Assembly (NCBI RefSeq): GCF_018977255.1
Contig: NW_024704749.1
Span: 3,162,001-3,226,000, forward strand
Length of the DNA: 64,000 nucleotides
Reading direction: 5' to 3'
DNA from: Callorhinchus milii
Taxonomy: Eukaryota
Shown: positions 46,651 to 60,696 of the stretch, in pieces
Layout of the letters: every line of letters starts with the position of its first letter
How positions within the stretch are numbered: the first letter of the stretch is position 1
Notes under the pieces: model-generated
The model's database searches: none
Seen by the model: the letters and a program-made list of their open reading frames with translations, nothing else
Told to the model about the DNA's origin: nothing
Program-made: the position numbers and the translations under genes

Positions 46651-47750
46651 CTGTAATTGGGAACAAAATCTAAATATTCTGAATTGTAATATGAAAGTCA
46701 AAGTGAAATTATTTTCAAACATAATATTTAAAAGCCAGATAGTTGCACTTTGTTATTTTAATACTTAATGACAACATTTTAGATACAAGGAAATACAACA
46801 GAAAATATCGGATCATCTCATTAGAAGCAAATATTTTATAATTAACTTTCAATCACTTGAACTCGTACTCTTTCAACCATCTCTAAAATAATCCATGCTG
46901 TACCTTTACGGAATTGTTCACTCCAGTGGGAGGGGACACATCCTCTTGGAAACCCTGCAAAACCAGGAAAAGATCAACCACCTAAATGTACAAAATATCG
47001 TCACGGCAAGATTCTTAGCAGCAAGTCTTATAGTTGTTGAACTGAAACCTGTATCATGTAGTTTCTAGTTCATTTCCAAGATACAATTGAATTAGTTTCA
47101 GCCAAACCTATTTGATATTATTAGTCACTCTTCCATCCCAATAAAAATCCTACCCTACCCCAGCATATTCTCCATCACAATCATATTGTGTCCTCCACTG
47201 TACCCAGAAATACACCCGACCAATCTGAGTGAAGCAGTCAGTAGTTAGTACAGTTTGTGCAAGCAGTTTATTGTGTATCCTTAAGTCCTGCTCCGAGGGT
47301 GATACCATCATTTAATTTCTGTTCTGATTGACATCTTCAAGAACATTGAACGTCCATCAAATTTTACATAACTCTCACAGTTGATTTCAGTCTCTGCCCA
47401 AGATTCAACACTCTTTCTTTCTTCTCATCCCCCAAAAATGTCAATCATTTTAGCCATCAACAAGAGCACCAGCTGCCACCAAAATAGATTTACGATCGTA
47501 CGTAAATTGGTGGAACTCAGGGCAAGGGGGATGAAAAGAAGCTTGTAATTTGCTATTATACTGAAATGCCCAATTGAACAGGAATCCATACAGTGAGCGA
47601 TTTCTTCCGCAAAGTGGTGAAAATTCAGTGAGGGAATTATGGTAAAAAGTAGAACACGGTTTACAGAATTGAGAATAGAAGGAACACCCTCAGTTTAGGC
47701 AGGTGATAAGACTGGATGGAGGAAGGAGAACACAGCAGCAGATGGTTTAC

Positions 47751-47977
47751 CTGCTGGTGCCGATAACAGGCAATGGGAGGCTGCCACTGTTCAACTGTGT
47801 CGATGATCACTCCATTCAAAGCATCTGCAGAAGGTGGGGGTGGCACGGGTGGAGGCACAGACACTTCCTGGTAAGTATGGCTTCCTGTTGGATAGGAGTA
47901 CGGTGTCTCCTCTGGGATAAAAACAGGCCTTTTTGAAATGTGTGAAGTTGTTGACTCGAGGTCAGCTAACAAGGCAT
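47751..47977 (-). CDS. PXN: Paxillin exon 2 (LD1 remainder ALLADLES, Y31 [14 protein letters not shown])
   Basis: 227 nt phase 1-0; core exons plus a 13-nt exon 1 would give 556 aa. Confidence 0.97.
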
Positions 47978-50900
47978 CTGAAACAGAAGAGAAACCAATC
48001 CAGAATTAGACAAATTTGCTTGGACAAGTACCAGAGGGACCCGTATATTAAAGTATAATAAACAAACCCCTCTAGTATAACCATCAAGTTTTACTGTTTA
48101 ATGTCTCACGATTATTCTTATTTGAAGATCACAAAGGTAAGATACAATATGGTTGTGGGAAGTAGGATGATAGTACATGTCCTAAACGTAATCTCAGTCA
48201 GAATCCCAGGGATAAGCACCCTTTACTCTTGAATCACACCACAAAACCATCAGTGCCCACCAGGATAGACACAAGGGGGTCTGGTTTAACTTCTTATTGG
48301 AAGGTTGCTGTTTCTAGCAGCACCGAGACCTCCACCCGAACACAGAAACACGTCAGCACAGAGGTGAGCTCAGGATATTTCACGCAGGCCAAAAAAATCT
48401 AACAGTAACTACATATTCTACCTCTAACACAAGCATATATGAAGAAAATGTTCATTCTCAAGAAAAAAGGACCTTAAGCAGAATCGCCATTAATTGAGTA
48501 GGCTGCTTCTGTAATGAGCCACAGCAAGTGGGAGGCGAGGAGTTTACTGAAGGAATCACTAACGCTTTCACTCCCTCCAAATGTCTGTAACCTTTCACTG
48601 GCTGTCACTTTAACCACTACCATTCCACTCTATCATAAGGATCTGAAGGAAAGCAGTAATCAGCAAGGGAAACTACACAAACTTTTGAAATTCCAACAAG
48701 GAAATCTATCTGCATCGTTTACCGAACATTCAATATGAACACTAATATTATTAAACCGAAAGTTGGGTCTTGGCAGACGCACTTCAGAGCTACTTTGTTA
48801 AGTCTTTTTCTGTTGCTCTTGATTGCTCTCATTCCAAATGATTATATTTCTGCTGTAGTGTGGGAGAGAAGCAGTTACGAGTCACTACACTATTGCTGCC
48901 AACCTAACCCATTTCAACACTCAGTATCTGGAACCTGCTCTGGAGCTGCCATGTGGATACATGCATACATACACCACTCAACACATTCCAAAGACACTTA
49001 CTCTTGTGAGATCAGTTCCATTTCAGTTCATCGAAACAACAAACCTATGTCTATCCTTAAGTACTGGACAAAGGGTTTCATCACAGCACTGTGACGAAAG
49101 ATAATACAATTTGTACTGCAATAGGAATGCAACCATTCCTATCAATAATAATTTATGCCTCGAAGAACAATGGCCAAAGGGCTTTTGATAACCCCAACAC
49201 TACACTTGGAAAGTATTCAGGTACAATAAAAACAGTACACTCCGAGCTTTCCATTAATCAGTTAAACTAAACGCCCCAAAACAATGCCATGATTCATCAG
49301 ACCTATTTATTACACCAAACCTGTGCAAAGTCCACGATGTAACATGCTGTTGGAAGCTGAACAGCATTTCAGAGTTAGTTCCATTGGAACACATCATTTC
49401 CTCCTTCATTTCTACAAGCATCATTATAATTTTCAAATTCTTAATTACATTCCTATAGCTTCTCTTTACAGGGGTTACTTGACTGCTATGTGGGGGGGGG
49501 GGTACGGAGAGAGAACAAAATGGCAATCTCACTTACACTATGCTTCATGTTCTGTAATTATGGCTCAAGTAAAGAAAAATTGCTTAAATACAAATTCACC
49601 GGTCATTTTCACATCCTGAAAACAATCATTCATTTATTTTTACAGAAGAGAAAACAAATCCCAAAGTTTTGTCTAGTTCTGAGATTTAGTTAATTACCTT
49701 CTACATCTAGTAGTCTTAATGCACCTCTCACATGGGCATACTGGACATTACGCAATTTATGAAATGGATGCACTACTACCCCTTCGGCAAGCAGTAAAAT
49801 GCTTCCTAAAACATTATCTGCAGCTCTAATGGCTGGTTGGGTTTCACCCGTAATATATACAGTCAATTCACTTTACAGTCTATTCTGTGAAGCGCTTTGA
49901 GATGCATTTGACAAGGCGCTGTATCAAATGCAAGAATTATTATTAAATCATTATAGACTTTGTTCATTCTGGGCTCCTTCTTTGCATTTGTGGTCAGCTT
50001 CTCTCCTAGATCGGGCTCCTGCTTGCTCAGTCTTTGTAAAGCACTTTGAAATGTTTTCTCAATATGATTGGCACTATACAAGTGTTAATTATTGTTGTTG
50101 GGCTGTTTAAGTATTTTTGCAGGTCAGCTTTCAGCCCTTTCACGTTCAAACATTTGAAGATTAATGTAAGATTAATTGGGGTGTTTAACGGTTTGATTTT
50201 GATGCTATAATAAATAACAATCCTTACTCCTTTAACGTCAGGAGGACATCTCAAAGCACTTCACAGGATATACTATAAAGTGTTACTGCCTGTGCATTTT
50301 GTGGGCCTGTTGTTATGACACAACATCAAACACCCTAAACGTAGGAATCTCTCTGTGGTATGAGGAGCTAAGACTTTCACCATGCACCCTAGCATTATCC
50401 AATACATTACTGGACTGAGGATCCCAGCTCCTATCTCCAGAAGAAGGGTAGTTATCCTTCAATTGCTTCACACAGATCCCTCAAGCCTCTCATTTCCTTG
50501 CCAAGTCTCAGGCAGCAACTCATAATACCTTATCAAGTTTATTGAGTGGAATTGGGGAGGAAGAAGGGAGGTGTACCTTAATCACTACATCTACGCATTC
50601 CAGATCACTACAAATCCCGGTGGGAAAAATGGACAATTCTGCCTTGCACACTAACCTAATTTAAAAGAAACTTGAGTTCAGTATTTTGGTCTAAAGCCAA
50701 ACTTGTACTCCACTGAGTAACGCACTGCAACTTGTCACAGAAGTTTGCTAAGCTAGAGAACTCTGTGACACTCCAGTGGGTCCAATTTGTCCAGATTACT
50801 TGAGCATTATGTACTCTTCAGTAACATATTGGAATGTGTGACTTAATGTAGCTGCCAGAACACTTCAACAACAACTTGAATTTATTTAGCACCCTTCACA

Positions 50901-53059
50901 CAAGGTAGTATTACGGAGCATTTAATGAAACATGCTAAAACTCAGCAATCCTCAACATGTATACAGATTGATAGCAGTCACAAAGTCCGGATTCCTTTAT
51001 TTAGTAGACGTTGTTAGAGATTAGTCGTGAAAACCTTTAGTCCAAGAAGGCTTCCAGAATAATTAACCGCAGGTGTCAAATTTCTACAGCAGCAACTTAC
51101 CTTTCTAAAACTCGGCAATAACTAATTCCACTTTGCACAGAACTTTCAGTTGTTACGAGCTACTTATTTGATTGAGGGCATTTTCAGGATATGAAAGAGT
51201 CTGAGTGTTGAGCTGGGATTCCAATTCATAAAATGAGCTATAACAAAAAGCTGAAGTGGACTTCCATTGGATTTGTACATAATAACACCACATCATTCTG
51301 AACAATCAAGTTCAGATTTGCTCTTCAAATTTAATACGACTCAAACCCAGCAATATGCAGCCTTGGCTATTGCTGGTCGTAAAACTTTTAGCTGGTCCAG
51401 TGCAGCAAAAACTCTTATTGCTCAGTTAGTAATAATGATTTACATTTGATATAGCGCCTTATCACATCTTCGAGACGTCTCACAGCGCTTCACAAAATAT
51501 ACTTCACAATATATAAAATATGCATATTTTGTGGGAGAAAGTTAAGAATGAACTCTTCCTCAGATTTCATCTTGTAAATTGTTCAGGTCTTTTTCCTTAC
51601 ACTGCCGCTGCACTCGGTTAGAAGTCCGACTATAGACATCGAGATGTAGGCTTTCCCCTTCTACTGATGGCAGCAGTGCAGAAGTACCAAACTAAGCAGT
51701 CACTAGCCCAGTCGTTATTTCTCATTTTTGAGGAGTGATTTGTGTGATTGCTTTTTAAGGACCTTCCACAGTGCAGAAGCTTCACTTCTTTGGTAGTGTA
51801 GGGAAGAGATTGAAATTTGCAATTCCTGACTTTGAAAATAAATGCTAACGTAGAGTTGTTGCTACGTTGTCGGTGGTGAAGCAGTATCAGTAATAATAAT
51901 AATCCTTGCATCTCATATAGCAGAAAGACATGTGAAAACACTTCACAGGATCTACTGTAAAGTGTAATGACTATATCTTAGACGAATGTAGCAGCCAATT
52001 TATGCATATCGGGGGAATTCTATAGCCCTAACCTCTGGAACTTTCCCTTAGTCGTGCCCCCCTGCCGCACAGTCTTTAAGTCCTACCTTAAAACCTACCG
52101 TTTTGACTGCACCTCTGGTCACCCCCTTCCCTCTGCTCAGAGTTTGTCAATCACTCTAAAGAACTCTGACACATTATCCTATGTGAAGGGTGCTATATAA
52201 ATGTTGTTTTTGGCATAGACACCAGAAGAAATTCCCTGCTCTTTTCAAATAGTGCCACAGGATCTTTAACGACCTTGTCAATAGCCTGAACCTCAGTTTA
52301 ACATCTCATCCAAAGGATAACAACTCCAAAAATGCAGTATACTCCCTGCACCACGTTTCAGTGTTAGCCTAAATAAGTGGTGGCCAACATTTTTGGTCGG
52401 CCCACAAAATAAATGTTCTTGATTGAATATTTCTTGATTTAAGCCATAAATCAAGAAATACTCAATCAAGAAAAAGCGAAAAACACACCACCGATTGCAC
52501 ACAGACGTACCTAGACTCATGCAGATTTGGGGGGTGGGGTGGGGGCTTCTTGACCACCACTGGCCTAGACTACGAGTTCAAAGTACCATAATGAGGCTTC
52601 AAACCACAGCCTGACTCAGAAAAAAGAATGTTGTCAATTGAGCTATGCTAAACACATTCCCCAAAACCGTCCAGAAAACAAAGTTCAAGTTAAAATTCAC
52701 AGCTGGCAAATAATGGCGATTTGTGCAGGTACTTTGGGATCCTATCCGCAGAGAAAAACGGATAATAAATAGTCTTTCCATTTGATGTAGCGTCTTTCAC
52801 ATCAGGAGGATGTCTTAAAGAACTTCACAGGATGTACTATAACGTGTAGTAACTGTACTTTGTAGCCCGATGAAGCAGCAACTTGTGCACAGCAAAATCC
52901 CACAAACAATCATTAAGTGAATGAACCAATTTTATCTGAGGATCTCGGTTTAATGTCAGATCCAAGACTAGCAGCTATGGGACACTTCAGATCCAGTTCT
53001 ATTGAAACTGGCTCCAAAGAGCCCTGCAACATGAATATGCCAAATGGACTTTGATCTGT

Positions 53060-53200
53060 AACCTTATCAAATGCTTTGTGAAAATTCAAATAAATTTCGT
53101 CCATCGGATAGCTTTTGTCGATTAATTTATTTACCTCCTCAAAGAAATCCCATGAGATAAAACTCAATAACTTCCAGTGAACATTTTCCCTTCCAACAAT
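53060..53200 (-). mobile_element. CR1 RT fragment
   Basis: Minus frame FFEEVNKLIDKSYPMDEIYLNFHKAFDKV. Confidence 0.75.
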
Positions 53201-54353
53201 CACTGACTGATCAGCCTTTAATTCCTCATACAAGTTTAATTTCATATCTGAACACGTCTGGAAGGTTTTCTTCTCCCTGCAGACATCTTGATGCAGTGAG
53301 TTTCAATGTCGGTTTCACACTTTTCCTGATTTACAATATAAATGCTATTAACCACTTACTCCCTAATAGAAGATTCATCCTCCTCACATATTCCTGAGAA
53401 ACCACATACACTCTGCCACAATGCTCATAGTTATTCAGTGTTATCCTGCTTTATATAACATACACAAATACTCCTATTTCAAATACATTATCCGGTTCCC
53501 TTTATACTCCTGTCTGCAGCATATAATATTCTCTTTATACTCCTGGGTACACTGCACACAGTATTTTGCAATATAGATAGTAGTTACCTTCGCATGCTCC
53601 TACACAAACAATGTATACAAATTATTTAATCAATCTAAAATCTAAGTGCAACACAGCCCAGTTGTATTGAGACCCCACACATTCACATACCAATCTACAT
53701 GGCAGTATGCGGTTCCTCAGGGCACAGCTCCTGGTCCTGTGAAAGCAGTAATTCAAAGCAATAAAGTCAAAACTCTCCTGTGTGCAGCAAGTTGATGATT
53801 AATGTAAATATTAATCTACCACTTTATGCGAGGGAAAGGGGGGGACAGGGAGAGGAGAGAGAAGAAAGAGGATTGGTGCATGGCAGTATAGATTCCCAAA
53901 GCCATCCAAAGGTACAGGAACCCAATGCTTCCTCATATATCAACCATGTCTGGACTCAACACCAATTTCATTATGACAACACCTTAATGTGCACCTCCAC
54001 CTAGTTAATCAGAGTACTAGTCATCATTTGGTAGCTTTTTCCTTACTCTGAAACCACACCTACCACTCTGCATACCACTCTCCACTTACATACCACTCAG
54101 AACCAGAGGACAGGCACAGGCAACAGCATGCTCACTCCCTGCGTGCTCAGACAGTGTGTAAACCTTACAGAATACACTAGGTGTGCCACTTGGCATTCTG
54201 AAATGAAGCAGTTAGTAAAACGAGGGGAGGGGTAGATAGCATTTAAAGCAAAATAAAGTAGAATGCTGGCCTCAATGTTAATAATAATAATGATCAACAA
54301 GAACAAGACTTTGGAATGTAGTAAAGGAGCAGGGATTGTGGGAATAGGACCGT

Positions 54354-54660
54354 GGAGTCCTGTAGTATAGTGATTAGCACGCTCGCCTCACAAGCAAGAG
54401 GACCTGGGTTTGTTTCCCAGGCGGGGCGAAACCTTGCAGAAGTTTCCTTACTTGACGTCTGTTTACCTAGCAGTAAATAGGAACCCGTATGTTAGATGAT
54501 TGGCGGATCGCTTTTCCGGAAGTAATAATTCCTGAAATAAAAACTGCTGTGCCACCTTTCGCCCCACAGAATACACAGTTAATTCACCTTACAGTAAATT
54601 GAAGTTTTGAAACGTCTCAATGACGTGATAAGGCATAATATCAAACGCAAGTATTATTTA
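54354..54660 (+). mobile_element. Full-length SINE, long subfamily
   Basis: GGAGTCCTGTAG head, central ctgtttacctagcagtaaatagg block, tail gataaggcataatatcaaacgcaagtattatt. Confidence 0.85.
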
Positions 54661-55539
54661 CAATATAATCTGTGAAGCGCTTTGAGACGTTTCAACAATG
54701 TAATAAGGCAAAGGTGATCAGTATTATTACTATGAAATACCCGCAATGTTGCTATACAGGTGAATAAGCTACAGATGGGGCTTATTTTCTTACAAACTCT
54801 TGCCCCGGTGCCTTATACATTAGTCTCAGTTCAGTCTATGGCCACAAATAGAGCATTGATAATTCATAGGTTTGAAGTCCAGGACGTGCAGAAAGTCTCT
54901 CTGCGAAAACATCCAAAGTCAGTGGATTAACAAATATGTTGCAGTACTGGTTATTCCCATTGGAAGGAGCTCCACTTTTACTCTAAATACTGGAACTCGC
55001 TTATGTCCTCTTTTGGTAGAAAACCGACGTTGCTGCAGTGCAGTTCTGAGGCCTGAACTTCCACTTTAGTTGTGTAGTAGCCTGAAGCCGACATGCCGTC
55101 ATTTCATTCTTACTAACATTCAAGAACTGAACAAATGTATATCAAGTGAAACATTTGAGTCGAGTCTCTGCACCTAGGTATAAATCCGCATCTAGTTGTC
55201 ACAATTCTCACCCACCTTCTTCATTAAAGCCTTTGTTTGATAGTGAGGTAGCACCCCTGGACGCAACCCCACGTGAAGGGCACTAGATAAATGCAATTTG
55301 TTGTTGTTGATGACTGGCTGTAATGTTACAGCCCAAGCACCTGCATCAATATCACTATTTCAAAAGAAAGGCAAACTGGTCCTAAGCAGGCACAAAGTCA
55401 CTTAACAGCAAAATATATTGTAGAGATAAGTCTCAAAAAAGCACTAAAATAAACATAAAAAATGCTGCAAAATGCATAGCAAGTCAATCAGCATGTGAAG
55501 AGAAATATGTGCTAAAGTTTCAGCTGTGAGCCTGATCCA

Positions 55540-55862
55540 TATTGCCCTGTCCACTCCCTCCACTCAGTGGACCCCGGCGAGCTACACTTCCCCGCCCGGC
55601 CCACCATCGGTGGTCAGGCCTTCAGCCTCTCTGAAATTCCATCCTACAGTCCCTTCACCTCACTCGCCTCCTTCGAGGTCCATTTCAAGACCCTCCTCTT
55701 CGACCACACCTTTGGTCACCCTCCTATCCGTATCCTCCCTGTCCTTCACCCCTCCTGAACCCCAACCCTCAGCTCGTGCCCAAATCCCTAACTGTCCAGC
55801 AACTTGGAACATCCTCCTGAAGTGAAAGGTGCTATACAACAGTAATTGGTTGTTGTTGATCA
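55540..55862 (+). mobile_element. L2 3' fragment
   Basis: cccaccatcggtggtcaggccttcagc; tail ctgaagtgaaaggtgctatac..ttgttgttg. Confidence 0.8.
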
Positions 55863-58800
55863 TCCAAAGTTACAACTGAATTGTTAATCAGCCTCTCTTT
55901 CAGATGTTGATCACACATTCCCAAGATTTATATTTTTCTTTTCATCCAAAAAGGCGCTTTGTGTTCAGTCAATTGAAATAAAAGTAAAGAAAAGCAATGA
56001 CTGTTAAATAAAGCTTTGCTCATAAAATTTTCCTCGGTTTCCTCCATTTACACACACTCATCCCTCCCCGATAGCCGACCCTCAAGCAGGTCTTCCCAAA
56101 CCTTGAAGACTTGACGCCAAACGCAAGAGACTGCCTATTAAACAAAACAGAGTTGCTTCCTGTCTAAGACCTTAATCATATTTGTATAAATTCAACAGAT
56201 TAAGTTTTTGTCCAAAACGGTGCACCTACCAGACTGTTTGATAAAGCACTAAAATAAATACAAAAAATGCTGGAAAATGAATAGCGAGTCAATCAGCAAC
56301 TGAAGAGAAAAAAATGCTTAAAGTTTGAGACGTGAACCTGATCAATGAAGCCCAATCTCAAGAGTGCTGGGCAGATACTGAGCCCCTTTACATAAAACCT
56401 TAACTGACAGTTTCGCTTGGTGTCTGCTGATGATGTAATTCGCCTCATTTCGAAGAACCCACCAAGATTACAACACCTCCAAACTTGTGCAAGGTGAAAG
56501 ACAAGACTTTAAATCTGTAAATTGCCTATACAATACTTACTTGCCTGTACCATCACCAGGCTGTACACTGATCACCTGAAATTCTCCACATCCACAGAAC
56601 ACATACTGCTGAACACCACAAACACCGCAAAACTGTGTAAAAAAACTCTTCTTGTGAGTCCGGGCATCGACTTCCTATAAATTCCATGATCCGCAACATT
56701 TCATCTGCATTGCCAATAAACGAGAACCTCGTGGCAGTGCTAATGTCTACTTAGCAGTTGAGGGTTGTTATTGCTTCTTAAATAATAGAAGCAGAAACGT
56801 TGGAATTTTGCAGACAGGTATTTAGGAGTGACATGGGGCTGTATATGCACAAACAAGAGACAATAGCTTCCAGGGTAGGTTCTGCACACATAGCAGAGGT
56901 GATCGTGGATCAGTCGATTATGAACAGTTTGCAAGCAGCAATTACATACATGAGGGATGCATTCCAATTTAGTTTGTATATCTCATCCTGCCCATTACAT
57001 AATCAAACAGTGAAAGGAATGAAAAACAAGGGTCAAAGTGTTTAGTCATCAGCATTTTTCTTGGATTTGAACAGTTGTACCTAGAACAAACTAAAAAAAC
57101 CTCAAGTATTTCTGGTGTCCTGTCGGTGTACTCAGTGCAAATCGACACCAAATTTTCTCAGAACGGACCGTATTAACAGGAAAGCGCCAGCAAAGCCAAA
57201 ACACATGGAAAAGAAAAACCAACGGCAACCCCAATAAAAGTTTTACTGAAAATCTGCTCAATTCCTGCCGCAGAACTCATTGATTAAAAGCCGTTAAGTG
57301 AAAATAAATGTAGAGCAGAGAATGTCAACTCAAACAATTCCTGTGTATGGAAGTAATTAAATGTCCTTAAAGAGAAACATAGACATACAACAACAGAGAC
57401 GAGAGAGACAGGAGGGAGAATATGAAACTGAGAGAGGATAAAGAAAGAGATACCCCCTTCACACAACTAAACAGGTAAGATCGAGGCAAAACATTATCTT
57501 CACCCTAAGTTTTTTCACCAGCCATTCTCTTGAGAATGTCCAGCACAAGCTGAATGTTTACAGTGAGAGTAGTATCCAGAAAGGTTAGGTTACCTACCAC
57601 AAACTTCCACCTCACAAAATCATTATTTGTGCACCAGAAACAAGTCCAATAAACATATTTTGCGAGTGCACTGAGCTCTAATCACTTCCAACGGAATTTA
57701 GTGACAGAAATATTTACAGTCCGTTAGTCAGATTGGCAACAAACATTATGACTTTTAGTGTCAGCTTGTTACCAGTTATGGAGAAATACTGAAGGGACAA
57801 GCGGGATTTGGAAAATTATTCATCAAGTAATGAGAAGGTTATCAACAGTGAGCGAATATTACTGTCCTGTGTATTTCCTCCTTTCTGCACAGAATTTTTT
57901 TTTTGGAAACATTGATGATAGTACATTATATCCAGAGGCCAACTCCCATTAGCAATACTGCCAGGTTGCAAAATAAACTAATGTAAACAATTTGCTCAGT
58001 TAACACCAGAATCGGTGTGGCTGATACAGCATATATTCCATAAGCTACAGCAAAGGAGATCACTCCATATGTACACAGGGAACAGGAATACTTTATAAAC
58101 AGAGAAAATGCACGTGCATGTGCACACACAAAACATAGAAAAGGACCACCTTGATCATTAACTCATTCCTTTCAAACTATGAGAAGCCTCTTATAATGGA
58201 CTCTATCCACCCGCCCACTCTTAATTAAACTCCAAGGAAAAATTCTGTATTGAGAATCGATGAATAGAACAAGGAATCAATGATTACAACAACGAATTTC
58301 CTAAGGCTTGGGTGTTGTGAATTTGTGGAATAATCTGCCCCTTGGTCCTGCAAATCTCTAATGAACTGAAGCCTCAGAAGACAATTGGATCAATTCAGGA
58401 AATGAACTGGATGGGCTAAAATCATTTTATGATACAAATCCCTCACTGTCCAGTGCCTCAGGACATCCTCCTGACGCGAAAGGCGCTATACAAATATAAT
58501 TTGTTGTTTAGCATTCTTAAATTTGTAGGTTGTTAATGACACTTAGAAAATACTCAGAAAACTGCAATTTATTCTACAAATTTGGGAAAATTTGTATCAC
58601 ACTTGCCCAACGAAAGATTCTCCTTGCATCACAAGTCCTCATTTTGTTTTAGTGCTCTATTATTAGAAACAGGATAAGGTCACTAAGACTAATTGAGGAT
58701 CACAGCAGGGAATAAACCACCCAATTAATTTCTGATTTCTGCGCAGTTACAGTAAATTAATCTACATGGCAGAGTTTCAAGTGAAACCATCGAACTGCAG

Positions 58801-59329
58801 CACCTCAATGTCTGGGTGCAAGAACGGACCCAACAGTTGGGAAAAAGTGGTACTTGTCCAGATTCCGTGCACTCAGATGTTCGCACAAACACCGCACTCT
58901 CAAACAAACACCACACTCACTCACAAACACCGCACGCACACACAAACACCGCACACGAATATAGAAAAAAGGCCACCTTTACCATAACTCATTCCTTTCA
59001 GATTATGAAAAGCCTACTTATCATGGACTCCATCCATCCAACCACTCGTAATTAAATAAATTCTTGGAACAAAATTCTGTATTGAGAATTGATGGTCCCT
59101 AAAGGAAATCAAACTGAGGTTACTAAAGATGCATACATCCCTATAGCTAAATCCTGACCTCCTCTCATACCCAGCCACACAGAAACCATTGTGTCACTTT
59201 TTAGTCTGCACTTATCCCTTCAGAACTTATCCCCAGCAGATACTTATCCATCTGTTTTTTAAGACATAACCACCACGCTTCATTGATTGCTTTTGTTAGT
59301 TGGGCTAAAAGGGTCAAATTACAAGGAAA

Positions 59330-59740
59330 AGTTGCATAAACTTGATCTTTATTCCCTTGAGTTTAGAAGTTTGAAGGATGATCTAATTGTGGTTTTTAAA
59401 ATAATAAAGGGATTTGATAAGGTAGGTACACAGACAAGTGGAGGAATTCAGAACAAGGGGGCATAATCTTAAAATTAGACCTAGGCCATTTAAGGAGTGA
59501 AATTAGAAGGCAGCTTTTCACCCAAAGGGTAGTGGAAATCTGGAACTCTCTCCACAAATGGCTATGTATGCTGGATCCATTCATATTTTCAAGACTGAGG
59601 TAGATAGATATGTTAGGTATGGTTATCAAGGGATATGGGACAAGAGTGAGTAATTGGAGTTGAGGTATAGATCAGGCATGATCTTATAGAATGGCAGAAA
59701 AGACTTGTCAGCTGAATAGCCTATTCCTGTTCCTATGTGC
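59330..59740 (+). mobile_element. CR1 LINE 3' fragment
   Basis: gagtttagaag..gatctaattg..ggcataatcttaaaattag..gggtagtggaaatctggaactc..gaatagcctattcctgttcctatg. Confidence 0.8.
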
Positions 59741-60368
59741 CTATGTTAGGCATCTGTTTCACCTTGATTACATTGGAACTTTATCAAATAGCATCTTATC
59801 GGGTTTTAATAAACCCAATCATACGCCAACACTCAGAAAAGCGCAGCAGTTTCCCCAAATCATTTATATGCACCATGAAGCTCAATTCAGCAACATTTAT
59901 TCACTTATTGTGACCTGTCCAAAGAGAAAGATTTGGCGTAGATTCTGCATAGCCTTTTTGCATGCACCAGAATTTAGTGTGGTAACTTGGACTATACTGT
60001 ATAGAACTTTGTTTCCCACCCAATTTAGTCACTTCCTGTGCTCCCTCACAGAGATGGAGGTTGAAGACAGAAGTGAGGAAAAATACAAATGACAGAAAAG
60101 GAAGTAGAAGCAAGGCAGAGGCCAGAAAAGGGAACAGGAATCAACATTCATGTTTTGTGTAAGAAACGTACTGAAATATAATTAACTTGTGCAAATTGGC
60201 CAAATGACACAAACAAGCTGAATGATTACAAATTTGATGTCACAGCCACAGAAACGTGATTCCAGAAATTGACAAATTAAACTCATCTTTGTAGCAGTAA
60301 CAAAGTGAGTTATGCTCTAACGGAGCGCTCTGGGATGCTACCCTGCGTGAGGGGCACTATATAAATCC

Positions 60369-60696
60369 AATAATAATAATAATAATAATAATCCTTGCAT
60401 TTGATATAGCGCTTTTCACGTCGGGAGGACGTCCCAAAGCGCTTCACAGAACACACTGTAAAGTGAATTGACTGTATATTTGTGGGCGAACGCGGCAGCC
60501 AATTGCGCACAGCAATGTCCCACAAACAGTCGTAGATTGAAAATGACCAATTTTATTATTGTTTTTGGTTTTGGAGGGATTATTATTAGGCGTGTGGAGT
60601 AAGGAAACTTCCCCAAGGTTTCGCCCTCTGCCTGGAATTGAACTCAGGTCTCTCACTTGCAAAGCGAGTGCTCTAACCACTGAGCTACAGGACTCC
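60369..60696 (-). mobile_element. Full-length SINE, short subfamily (young)
   Basis: Intact A box TAGCTCAGTGG, B box GTTCAATTCC, long (TTA)n tail. Confidence 0.9.

Noticed and set aside
60625-60696. tRNA-like sequence (TGC loop), also at about 1120, 46350, 54354, 62040
   Set aside because: Fused to a SINE body and tail, no proper acceptor stem; SINE heads rather than tRNA genes
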